This document shows positions 12,007-22,261 of a DNA stretch of 64,000 nt, piece after piece; the stretch's first letter is position 1, and each line of letters starts with the position of its first letter. Both the position numbers and the translations under genes were made by a program. The stretch is from Bilabrum cf. latius (Eukaryota): contig OZ237762.1 of NCBI GenBank assembly GCA_965178125.1, positions 124,001 to 188,000 on the forward strand. Direction: 5' to 3'. Below the pieces are notes generated by a model, which worked only from the letters and a program-made list of their open reading frames with translations, did not search any database and was not told where the DNA came from.

Positions 12007-12729
12007 ATGGCAGGAATATACAATCTCTTAAACAAAAATGAATATGAATTAAAGAGTAAGTCTATTGAAGTAGAATCAATTAAAGCAGAAGGCTTTGATG
12101 GAGCCGCTAACTTTGGACTTAACTTCAATGGTCAATCACTACCCTATATTATGAGTGGTACTAATGAAGATGCTAAGTCTTTCACATGGAGAATAGGTAA
12201 AAACTCAGCATCAGCAGGTGCATCTATCTCAATTAATGTCGCAGGTGATGGAACTCAAACCAGTACTATGACAGCAACCAACTTCTTATCATTTACCGGT
12301 ACACATGTTGCATCTTGTAGTGATGTTGCTTCTAGTTTACCAGCTGGTATTGGGTCAGTGGTTACTCTTGATAGTGTAGTTAATAAAGGACCCACAACTA
12401 ATGAATATGTCGTAAGTCAAGCATCTCAACATTCACCACCTTTTGGAGTATATGTAGGAGAACACCATGATGATGGTAAAGTACTTGTGGCATCTTTAGG
12501 TGATGGAGCTGTGAAAGTAAATAAAAATGGAGGAGATGTAAGTGCGGGTGACTACTTAATAAATAGCTCTGATAGTGGATATGTCTACGCGCCTAATCCT
12601 CAACCAGTCTCTGTTGATTAGACTATTGTAGCAAAAGCTCTAGTAGATGAAGACTTTTCAAGTGGTACTTCTACTGATGCTAATGGAGTAGAATATAAAG
12701 TCGTACCTTGTATTTTCTTAACAGGATAA
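12007..12729 (+). CDS. Fibre/tail-like protein with a C-terminal chaperone-like domain, 240 aa
   Basis: FTGTH...SLGDGAVKVNKNGGDVSAGDYL...TIVAKAL...PCIFLTG resembles the C-termini of phage/NCLDV fibre proteins. Confidence 0.6.
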
Positions 12730-12772
12730 TTGAGTTTAATTATAGAAATATCTTTTTTATTAATATAATAAA

Positions 12773-13411
12773 ATGGATGGAATCAGTTCAAGCAGTGTCG
12801 TTGTAGGAGGTTTAAGTGTCTTACTACCTCTAGCATACTCTGGTGGTATGTCTTGTTGGTAGTGGTTATGGGATAAACCTTTACATAAACGTAAAAAAAT
12901 ATGTATCTGTGTGCCTGAAGGTAGTGGTAAGTCTACCGCTTGTCAAATATTACGGTCTAGTTCTAAAGACTGTTTACTTGTTGATTTAGATAGTACTCTA
13001 GGAGTATATGTCTAGGAGCCCGAATTACTTATGAAACTAGACGAATGTAAGTTAAAAAGTGATTGGGGTAATTATAATATACTTAATAGAAAAGCCAGTA
13101 AAGAAGCCCTTCAATGGGTAAAAGATAACTGGTTGAATGAAGGTAGCGAGAAGAGAGTAATATTCTTTACTAAAGAGTTAAGTCTAGCTAATGAGTTATT
13201 TAAAAAAGAAAGTATAGTTGTATGTCTTCCATCTAATTCACTATTCTAGAAGACTTTAAAGAATTAGAAAGTAGATAAATAGAAGTCTATGTTAGAAGAC
13301 CGTAACTCTTATATCAAAGAGTTGAACCCTTCTAGCTATTACATTTATAATACTTACGAATAGCTTCACGATAAATTGAGGAATTGCCTCTAGTTAGGGT
13401 ACCAAATATAA
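12773..13411 (+). CDS. Small P-loop NTPase/kinase with an N-terminal hydrophobic segment, 212 aa
   Basis: ICVPEGSGKST Walker A and LLVDLD; 7 in-frame TAG; TAA at 13409. Confidence 0.7.
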
Positions 13412-13567
13412 TACAAATAAATACAAAATAATACAAAAGTCAATACGCCTACGCGCCCAGAATTGCACAAATATATCTTGAATAGCTATAATATTTCCGC
13501 AATTTCGGGCGGTTAGATCCTAAGTTTAATTATTCCGCCAAAAAATATTTACTATATATATATAGAA

Positions 13568-13912
13568 ATGAACTTTAATAATATTTATAACATAAAAAGT
13601 TTGAACAATATATTAAAAAAGGTAAAGACAGCTTTTGATCAATTTTTTGATGGAAAGGACCTTCGTATTTGTGAAGTTGAAGAGCTAAAAGAAGTAGAAA
13701 AAGACTAGATTATTACCTACGAAGATATTAAGTCTATCCTAGGTCTTAAAATGGCTATGTTGCCTAAATATGAAGGAATGTTTTAGATGGCGCAAGATTA
13801 CAAAGATTTTCGTATTATTAATGGCTTACTTGATTTAGAAATTATGAATGAGTTAAAACGTGTGGAAAAATCAATACGCCTACGCGCCCAGAATTGCGAA
13901 AATATATCTTGA
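13568..13912 (+). CDS. Hypothetical viral protein, 114 aa
   Basis: Preceded by CGCCAAAAAATATTTACTATATATATA; its TGA stop lies inside the downstream palindromic repeat. Confidence 0.6.
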
Positions 13913-13994
13913 ATAGCTATAATATATCCGCAATTTGGGGCGGTCGTATCTAACCTGTCAATTTGTATTTTTATAATTAAAATACATACTGATA

Positions 13995-14501
13995 TTACAA
14001 TTTATAATCTAGACAAATATTGTCTGGTTGTTTAGAAGTATTACATAATAGACTTAACTTTTGATCTATTTCTTTTTCTACTCCTGTTTTAGTCTTTTCG
14101 TCTTCTTGTTCCATCTCTTGGACAGTCTCGTTGAATTTATCCACATCACCGTAAGTCTTTATAAATACTTGTTTTTTCTCGGACATCTTGATTTTGCTAT
14201 CCTCCACATATTGCTCTCCTTCAATATTACATAATATATTATTAAGATGGAGATAACTTTCTGCTTTGTCATCGTGATCTGTGCTTAATACTTCAACATA
14301 CTTTGTTTTAAATCTAAGTTCCAAGTTATGACGTATTTCACTCATATGTTTATGGATCTCTTTTGGGTCTTCTATTTCGCTCTCTTCATACATTGCTATT
14401 ATAGTACTTATGACATCACTAGGGTTTTCGTCTCGTATTTTAAGTATTAAACTAAAGACATCAAAGTATTCATTTAAAAACTTCCAAATTGTGTTTTTCA
14501 T
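13995..14501 (-). CDS. Hypothetical viral protein, 168 aa
   Basis: Open ORF with TAA stop; CCACTATATATATA upstream. Confidence 0.7.
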   Translation of the reverse strand: MKNTIWKFLNEYFDVFSLILKIRDENPSDVISTIIAMYEESEIEDPKEIHKHMSEIRHNLELRFKTKYVEVLSTDHDDKAESYLHLNNILCNIEGEQYVEDSKIKMSEKKQVFIKTYGDVDKFNETVQEMEQEDEKTKTGVEKEIDQKLSLLCNTSKQPDNICLDYKL

Positions 14502-14520
14502 TTACCTATATATATAGTGG

Positions 14521-15201
14521 TCATTTTAATAAGATATTTTTAAACTTTGTAAAGTTATCATGAATTTTATCACTATCACCCCAGCACACTTTAGCATACC
14601 ATAAGTTGCTGTCATACATATCGGTCTCATCAAAATGAAGATGTCCTAATACTCGCTTTCTCATTTTATCAGCGTGTGATTTACCTCTTCTTAAAGCATC
14701 AGGATAAGTCTAAGTATTCTTTTTGTTAAAATATACCTTTGTATCATTAATCTCTACACAATAAACATATTCAGGTTTATCACTCACTGTAAGATCACTA
14801 ATATTGATTTTTGGTTTTGGTTTCTCTTTAATTGGTTTCTCTTCAATGACTTCACTCACTACTTCACTACTTGTATCACTATATGTATCATTCAAATAGT
14901 CTTCCTCTTTATTATCCTCTATGTCTTCGCTATCTAATTCAACATCTTCCAATATAGCCTATTGTCGTTCTAATTGTGGAGGTTTTAACTAGATAGGTTC
15001 TATTTTAGACGGTTGTCTCACTAAATTTATAGTTGCTATCTCGTCCCCTTCATCATCTATTTCACCCTATAAACTTGAATAATGCTTGTTAATCCATAAC
15101 ATTTTTAAGTCATCACGAGACCACTTGTACTTTTCACTTAACTTGACTACTCTTTTTAGAAGGTCTTTATTTTTGTATCTTGTTATATTTAACAATTCCA
15201 T
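14521..15201 (-). CDS. Acidic hypothetical protein, 226 aa, with a possible degenerate DUF5754-like C-terminus
   Basis: ATG 15201 reads through TAGs to TGA at 14521. Confidence 0.65.
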
Positions 15202-15431
15202 ATACTTATTATAAATAATTTCTTTGACTTTGTTTTATATTAATATGGTAAATACTAGAAAAATTTAATATTTCAAAAGTCGTATCTATACACTGGCTAA
15301 CATAAAATGACATAATTATAAAAATCAATACACCTACGCGCCCAGAATTGCGGAAATATATCTTAATATCCTAATATATTATCGCAATTTGGGGCGCTGG
15401 TATTATGCCATAAAGTATATTACTAGATTAA

Positions 15432-17087
15432 TTATCTCTATCTATCAGAATAGTCTTTCGCAAGTGGTCGTATTTGGTCTTTCCCATAATCCTGTTCTAA
15501 TTTCTTACGGGTAATCCATTCATTAAACTTATTAGAATATCCCTTATATTTGACTAAATATTCAATAAGTCTATCTTTATTTTGTCTTTTATCTAAAAAC
15601 TTCTCTATTGTGTCTGGTTCTACTTCTAAACCTTCAACATCATCAATTTCGGGCTCTTCACTTTCTTTGTCTATGTCATCATTTACCTTATCTTCGTGTT
15701 CTACATTCTCTATCTTCTATAACTGTGAAGCATTAAAGAATCCAGTAAGAGGTTCTCCCTCTTTGTCCATTACTTTATATTTAATCCTCTACTTAGGATT
15801 TCTTGGTTTGGTCTTCTATCTAACAGTGAAGACTTCTCTAGACCAATTGAATAAATTCCCTTTAAACTTGTTCTTCTCAAGTAATACTCTAACTCTATCC
15901 CCTACATTAAGATCTTTATCATTCCCGTCAAAATTATTTGATAATTTCTTATTTTCAATTCTAGATCTAACTACTTCTAAATTTTCAGGTTTCATTGCTT
16001 CTATTGGAGACATTCCTATAGTGTTGTGTTTTCTCTTATTATAAGCTCTTACTAGTCTCTATAATGACGTATGCCAAACACCATCACTGTCATTCTTTAT
16101 AGCAAAGTCTTTTCTAATCTATTCTTTTATAGTCCTGTTAAGTCTTTCAACTGCACCATTAGACTATGGATTTCCTGCGATGGTGAATAGTGGTTTTATG
16201 TCATTGTCATTCATAAATTTAATATATGCCTCTTTATTAAACTCATTATCACTTAACATAACAGTCGGTTTTCTCCAATTAGGTTTCTTAAATAGTTTCT
16301 TCATCTCACGAATTATATTAACTAATGTCTTATCTTTTAATGAAATACTCCATAGGTATTTTGTGAATATATCCATTATATTTAATATCCAATTATAGCC
16401 GTCATTAGTGTCTGAATACTTTTGCATGTCTATTAAGTCCAAGGCGTAAATTGAGAAAGGCTTAGTAGGTACAAAAGAACTTACTGCTGACTGTTTAGGT
16501 CGTTTTTTCGTGAGCTAGTGTAGCATTTGGCCATTTAACCACTTTTCAACTTGTCTTCGTTTTATTCTCCTATCTTTTTGTCTAGCTAGGTCATATAACG
16601 CATCACGACTGACTACATTACCTTCTTCATAATATAGTTTCTTTAATATTGGCTTATATTTAAATTCGTCTTTCTTTGGTTTGTCTTCTATTTCTATTAA
16701 TTTACCGGTTGGTTTATTAAGTTTTTTTGTCTAAGCTTTAGTCATCTTATAAAAAAGGCGAACAAGGTTAGACTATTGAACACTAAAATGAACTTTATTT
16801 ATTAGGTTATACAAGGTAAAATAGTCTCCATCCTTCTATATTGAGTTAATAATCCCACCTCTTCTAAACAATGGCTTTCCCTTGATATTTGAGATGTACG
16901 ATATATAAGAGTATAAAGGTAGCTTTTTAATACTAGCTTTGGTGGTTGGCACCTCTTCAAACCCTTTATCAAGTAGTCCCTTAATAGTGGCGTCTAAATC
17001 ATCACTATCTTTTTGATTTTTTGTTGGCTTATCACCGTACGTGTATGATATTTTACCTCTAGTGTATGTCTTGCCTTTGTTTGACAT
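15432..17087 (-). CDS. Retroviral-type (rve) integrase with C-terminal chromodomain, 551 aa
   Basis: DLIDM, MDIFTKY, LSDNEF, P*SNGAVERLNRTIK, YNKRKHNTIGMSP, LNVGDRVRV; chromodomain IEKFLDKR...EYLVKYKGY...NEWI; TAA at 15432. Confidence 0.92.
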
Positions 17088-17185
17088 ATCTATATATATA
17101 TAGTGGCGAAAATAACTTAATAGAATAAAACACACATTGACTTAAAGATAAAACAACTAATAACAATATAAACCAACCTTAAACA

Positions 17186-17851
17186 ATGGTAAATTTCTCA
17201 AATGCAAAGATATACAGACTTTACTCACTTAATGATCCTTCAAAAGTATATTATGGCTCTACTTGTTAGACATTGAGCTAGAGAAAGGGAGGACACACAA
17301 AAGACTATAAGAATTATAAGAAAGGAGAATATCCTTTTATTACTTCATTCATTATTTATGACTTAGGTGATGTAAAAATTGAATTAGTAGAAAAATGTCC
17401 GTGCAAAGATAGAGAAGAGTTAGGCAAGATTGAAGGAGGGTATATCAGGAAATATAAATGTGTCAATAAGTGTATTGCAGGACGAACTAGAAAAGAGTAT
17501 TACAATGAGACAAAAGAATAGAGATAGAAAAGATGGAGAAAATACTATGATGATAATAGAGGCAATATAGTCGCTAAGCAAAGACTATACGCCGAAAAGA
17601 ATAGACATATTATAAATGAACGTCAAAATCTAAAGTATTCGAATAATAAAGAAATGATGCAGTAGTATAGAGACAAAAATAGAGACAAAATAAAAGAAAA
17701 TCATAAAAAGTACGAAGAAAATAATAAAGAAAAACTAAAAAAATATTCTCTTGACTACTATCACAAGAATAAAGACAAGATAAACGAAAGACGAAGACTT
17801 AAAAGAAAGCAATTAAAAGAATAGAAGTCTAAGGTTAAGACATCCACTTAA
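17186..17851 (+). CDS. GIY-YIG endonuclease, 221 aa
   Basis: AKIYRL...VYYGSTC*TLS*RKGGH...IELVEKCPCKDREEL...EGGYIR...CVNKCIAGRT; TAA at 17849. Confidence 0.88.
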
Positions 17852-17908
17852 TTATATTATTAAATATATGTAATTTAATAGTATATATTGGCGTTAATTA
17901 AACGAGTA

Positions 17909-18442
17909 TTACTTCTTATATTTCTTCTTTTTAGAGTAGCATGTAAAGCAATACCAATAAGTGGTATCAGGTTTTAATAGATACCTCTCGCACCTTTTAC
18001 ACTATTTGTATCCTTTCTTTTTGTAATAGCAACTAAGACAAGTCTTTTTCCAAGAGGTCTTTTCAATCCAGTCTTCGCAATCAGTGCATCTCTTTTTCTC
18101 TTTTAATATGTCTTCATTCATTTCGTGTTTGATGGACTTAATATGACTGCTATAACTTGACTTTTTAACAACACAAGAGCATACATCACAAGTCTTATAC
18201 ATACAAGCCTTATACACATCATGATCCTTTTCGAATGTGTTATTAATACATTCAGAACCTAATTTAAATATATCACCAGTTGGGGGATACTCAACGAAAT
18301 GAACTTCCTTAATTTGGTGATCACAGATACACTTTCCGTCTTCTTCTCTAGTCTCTCCAGCTGGTATTAATAGAGGGGCTATCTTATTCCAGTCATTAAT
18401 CTTTAGCTTATTGATTATGAAGTTACGACATTTATAGCACAT
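17909..18442 (-). CDS. Multi-zinc-finger/ribbon protein, 177 aa
   Basis: CICDH...LGSECI, a C2H2-like CDVC..HIKSIKH and repeated CxxC; TAG read-through gives YK*CKRC; TAA at 17909. Confidence 0.72.
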
Positions 18443-18599
18443 TATAATATAGTATATACTATAATAATATATTATTTTTAAGTCTAATTAAACGAGATGT
18501 CTTAAGCTCGATTCAAATTTGGGCGCCCGAAATTGCGGTAATATTATAGCTATTCAAGATATATTTCTGCAATTCTGGGCGCGTAGGCGTATTGACTTT

Positions 18600-19007
18600 T
18601 TAATTTAATATTTTTAATTGTTTCAGTCTTGCGTCCACTTTAGACCTATAGTCATCTAACCATTTTTCCAAAGTATCCCCTTTAACATACCTTTTTACAT
18701 CTAATACTCCATTGGCTAGTTTTGTTAAGTAGTCCTTAATAGCATTATCACTTCCCCATAAGATTTTATGACTGTGATATTTTGAGCTATTAGTATCGGT
18801 AGTCTTCCCGTGTCTTCGGTAGTATAGGCGTCGTCTTTTAGGGTCAATATGGTTATTATCTCCATACTTACCAATCAAATCAAAGTATTGAGCATATCGT
18901 GCATCACCAAAGCTAGTGATATACTTACCATTTTTGAATACATCATATTTCTTATTTCTACGAGTAGAGGGTTTATATTTGAATCCATCAATAATTATCT
19001 CATACAT
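18600..19007 (-). CDS. DUF5754-like protein typical of NCLDV/virophages, 135 aa
   Basis: STRRNKKYDV...SFGDARY..Y...HIDPKRRRLYYRRH...SKYHSHKILW. Confidence 0.7.
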   Translation of the reverse strand: MYEIIIDGFKYKPSTRRNKKYDVFKNGKYITSFGDARYAQYFDLIGKYGDNNHIDPKRRRLYYRRHGKTTDTNSSKYHSHKILWGSDNAIKDYLTKLANGVLDVKRYVKGDTLEKWLDDYRSKVDARLKQLKILN

Positions 19008-19015
19008 AATATATT

Positions 19016-19225
19016 ATGATACAAGATTTATTAACTTAGTATATTGTCGGTAAGACTTGTAAATTAGTTATTAAATAGGTGAAGACTACCAAGACATATC
19101 ATAAGACAAAATCATTTGTTAAGGACTAGTTAGAAGAAGTACTCAATACATTGATACAAGTTAAAGGACATTCTAAATATGAACACAAGATCAAATGGAC
19201 CACTTCAAGTGGTATGACTTAGTGA
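19016..19225 (+). CDS. Possible small viral ORF, 69 aa
   Basis: Open only if TAG=Gln (4 TAG); ends in TGA; no recognisable motif. Confidence 0.35.
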
Positions 19226-19296
19226 ATATGTAAAATTGAATACGGGTGAGCGCCCAGAATTGCAAACATAATTTTCTTGATACTTATATATTTCCG

Positions 19297-19371
19297 CAAT
19301 TTGGGGCGGTCATATCTGGAGATACAATTTGGGGCGGTCATATCTGGAGATACAATTTGGGGCGGTCATAT
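19297..19371 (+). repeat. 28-bp tandem triplication of one palindrome arm
   Basis: CAATTTGGGGCGGTCATAT(CTGGAGATA) at 19297, 19325 and 19353. Confidence 0.9.
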
Positions 19372-20638
19372 TTATTATTAGTTATTTTAAAATATCTCGT
19401 CAAGTGGTTAAGTCTTTTTGTGATATCCCGTTAAGTGGTCAATAAAATGAACGGTAAGTCAAAAAAATTAATCAAAATAAAGAAGTAGTTGATTATTAAT
19501 TATTGAAGACACCTAAGCGCCCAGAATTGCGACAATATCTCTTAATATCCTAATATATTTCCGCAATTTCGGGCCGTCATTTCTGGACATTTAATATAGC
19601 ACATACTAGAAATATCTTTATTACAAAATTACACCTCTATAAGATAACTATGTCAAAATTAACAAAATATAAAACTCAATACACCTACGCGCCCAGAATT
19701 GCGACAATATATCTTAATATCCTAATATATTACCGCAATTTCGGGCGCTAGTATTATACTATACCATATTTAATTATCCTATATTTTCCATTTAATCTAG
19801 TGATTAATCATTTCAAAGTAATACACTTGACATAAACCAGTTCATTGAGTCATTTTAAAGTCATCGTCAAAACATTTATCATTTTTAAGTTATCCCGCTT
19901 TGTATTCCTTTATATCATATACTCAAACAAAGGACTTTAACATATTTAAAGAATTATGAAAAATAAAAATCAATACACCTACGCGCCCAGAATTGCGGAA
20001 ATATATCTTGAATAGCTATAATATTACCGCAATTTCGGGCGATAGATTAAAGGATGTATTTTTAAGGGGATACCCTTATATTTGAAGTTTTGAAGAGATG
20101 ACATATAAAAGACTTTATAAAGTGATTAATATCTCCTTCTAGTTATATTTAAATATTCAATTATTTAAGTATAGATTGACAAGTAATAAAAAAAGAGATA
20201 AATTAAGTTGATATATTAGTTTAGTTTTATTTATTAATTTAAATTTTTCATTGGAAGTATTAAAAAGACTTTAATACTTCTGTCAATCTCTTTAAGTATT
20301 TATTTAGTTATTTTCTAAAGTGGTAAATGTCAATTGATACTTAAAACCAAATCATAATATAAAACTCAATACACCTACGCGCCCAGAATTGCGAACATAT
20401 ATTCTTAAATGACTATATATTTCCGCAATTTCGGGCGGGCATATCCTAAGACTTAGGCTAGGGATTCACTCAACAGATTAAGTAAAGTAAAGGTCTAACA
20501 GATAGACATTAACGGCGCGAAGGTATTAAATTAGGTAGATATATGAATAAATAGCTATTAAATTATTATGTTCAAGTGAAGGACATTATGAAGGACTACG
20601 GCTTAAGATGTTGTGAAGTGGTTAATATTGACCTCTTA

Positions 20639-20739
20639 TGTTATCCGCCAAAATGTGTGTAGTTTTTATATAAGTAAACTCTATTTCTACTATATAGTAG
20701 AAATAGAGTTATCATAACTCCACATTTTGGCGGATAACA
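20639..20739. repeat. Terminal branched hairpin of the virophage
   Basis: Perfect 19-bp inverted repeat at 20639-20657/20721-20739 enclosing a perfect 34-bp palindrome at 20677-20710. Confidence 0.9.
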
Positions 20740-21456
20740 ATCCTCGTCCACCCGGTGGAGTCGAATGCCGTGCTGCTGCCCCAGCCCATCAGTGGCCCGC
20801 TGGCCAGCTGCAAAGCCCCGCATCCTCGTGCACCCGGTGGGGTCGAATGCCGTGCAGCAGCCCCAGCCCATCAGTGGCCCGCTGGCCAGCTGCAAAGCCC
20901 CGCATCCTCGTGCACCCGGTGGAGTCGAATGCCGTGCAGCAGCCCCAGCCCATCAGTGGCCCGCTGGCCAGCTGCAAAGCCCCGCATCCGCGTCCACCCG
21001 GTGGAGTCGAATGCCGTGCAGCTGCCTCGTGCACCCGGTGGAGTCGAATGCCGTGCAGCAGCCCCAGCCCATCAGTGGCCCGCTGGCCAGCTGCAAAGCC
21101 CCGCATCCTCGTGCACCCGGTGGAGTCGAATGCCGTGCAGCTGCCCCAGCCCGTCAGTGGCCCGCTGGCCAGCTGCAAAGCCCCGCATCCTCGTCCACCC
21201 GGTGGAGTCGAATGCCGTGCAGCTGCCCCAGCCCGTCAGTGGCCCGCTGGCCAGCTGCAAAGCCCCGCATCCTCGTGCACCCGGTGGAGTCGAATGCCGT
21301 GCAGCTGCCCCAGCCCGTCAGTGGCCCGCTGGCCAGCTGCAAAGCCCCGCATCCTCGTCCACCCGGTGGAGTCGAATGCCGTGCAGCTGCCCCAGCCCGT
21401 CAGTGGCCCGCTGGCCAGCTGCAAAGCCCCGCATCCTCGTGCACCCGGTGGAGCCG
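20740..21456 (+). repeat. Host 82-bp GC-rich minisatellite, about 9 copies
   Basis: Unit starts at 20740, 20822, 20904, 20986 (internally shortened), 21105, 21187, 21269, 21351 and 21433. Confidence 0.95.
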
Positions 21457-22261
21457 AATCCGGGTGTTTTCCCCAGTCCGGGCTCACTGCCTGCTCTGCG
21501 TGGACCATACATCGTAAAACTTGTCTTAAATTGTCGATACGTGCTTCTAGGTCGGTGTCACGCAAGCTGATGTCTTACCAATACTTACATGTACCAACAT
21601 ATTAGAAATTGCTTCAGGCAGTGCTTATACAGACAGCTACTGCAAAATTGATCCCCGAGTTACGATAATATGGTCACAGATTATGCATGCTTGAACCATT
21701 TACCTGTTGCCGATGTTAGGGTATCTTACGAGTGGAGTGCGAGTGCTTGTTGGATGTGAGCGCGCACACACTGCTTGAATTCCGGTGCCACTTCGCAGCT
21801 ATAAGTGCGCGACTCGCTCAACGAAGGGCATTACTTATGCGCAAAAGAAGTCGCGGAGCATACACGCGCGATACTATCATACTAAAAGACAGAAGTGAGT
21901 TTGATTCAGTCAAGATGACTGGTGGTACCTTGATCGGATCAGCCTGCAGCCACACAGATTTTCCGGGCGCGAGAATCGTAAAGGCTTTTTCCCTAGTACA
22001 TGTACTGAATTAAGGACTCCAGATTTCTTCCTCATTTTGCAATTAGGAACTTTTGTACTAGCAAATTTTTGAGATATGCTCTCAATGTGTCTGTGGCCCG
22101 AAAGATTTGCTGGAGGTGGCCGTCGGCGTCATGATTTTCGCTTCGTGCTCGATGCCTGAAACCTCGATTTAGAAACAGCCAGCGGCAAACGATTCTACTT
22201 AGATAGACAAAGATAGTCCGAGGGCTCCGGATGGGGCCCCGCGGGGCAGAAAGGTTCGAAT

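Larger units (their letters stand above)
2096..20437. repeat. Family of 17 dispersed 58-bp imperfect palindromes (CGCCC[C/G]AAATTGC-AT-rich spacer-GCAATTCTGGGCG) with a one-sided tail CGTA(GG/CC)(C/T)GTATTGA
   Basis: Core starts on +: 2096, 2579, 3144, 6164, 6335, 8797, 8916, 18524. Reverse orientation: 11859, 13454, 13885, 15339, 19251, 19518, 19690, 19984, 20380. All cores are 58 bp. Confidence 0.95.
1..20739. mobile_element. Endogenous virophage (mavirus/EMALE-like), right portion; left end lies outside the window
   Basis: AT-rich block with an abrupt switch to GC-rich DNA at 20740. Encodes packaging ATPase, Cys protease, penton and MCP in mavirus order, plus rve integrase and GIY-YIG. 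Ends in ...GGATAACA. Confidence 0.92.

Noticed and set aside
1-19225. Decayed (pseudogenised) viral relic
   Set aside because: Interruptions are exclusively TAG, fall at Gln-type positions and are never frameshifts; host genes show the same pattern.
2096-20437. CRISPR array or true integron
   Set aside because: Repeats are irregularly dispersed in both orientations with gene-sized gaps. No cas genes, no tyrosine integrase and no attC RYYYAAC/GTTRRRY ends are seen.
1-20739. Claim that the element lacks a protein-primed DNA polymerase, or that its TIR and TSD can be defined
   Set aside because: The left part of the element is outside the window, so this cannot be judged.
20727-21605. Protein-coding ORFs over the 82-bp minisatellite
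   Set aside because: The unit length is not a multiple of 3; open frames are a by-product of a GC-rich repeat.
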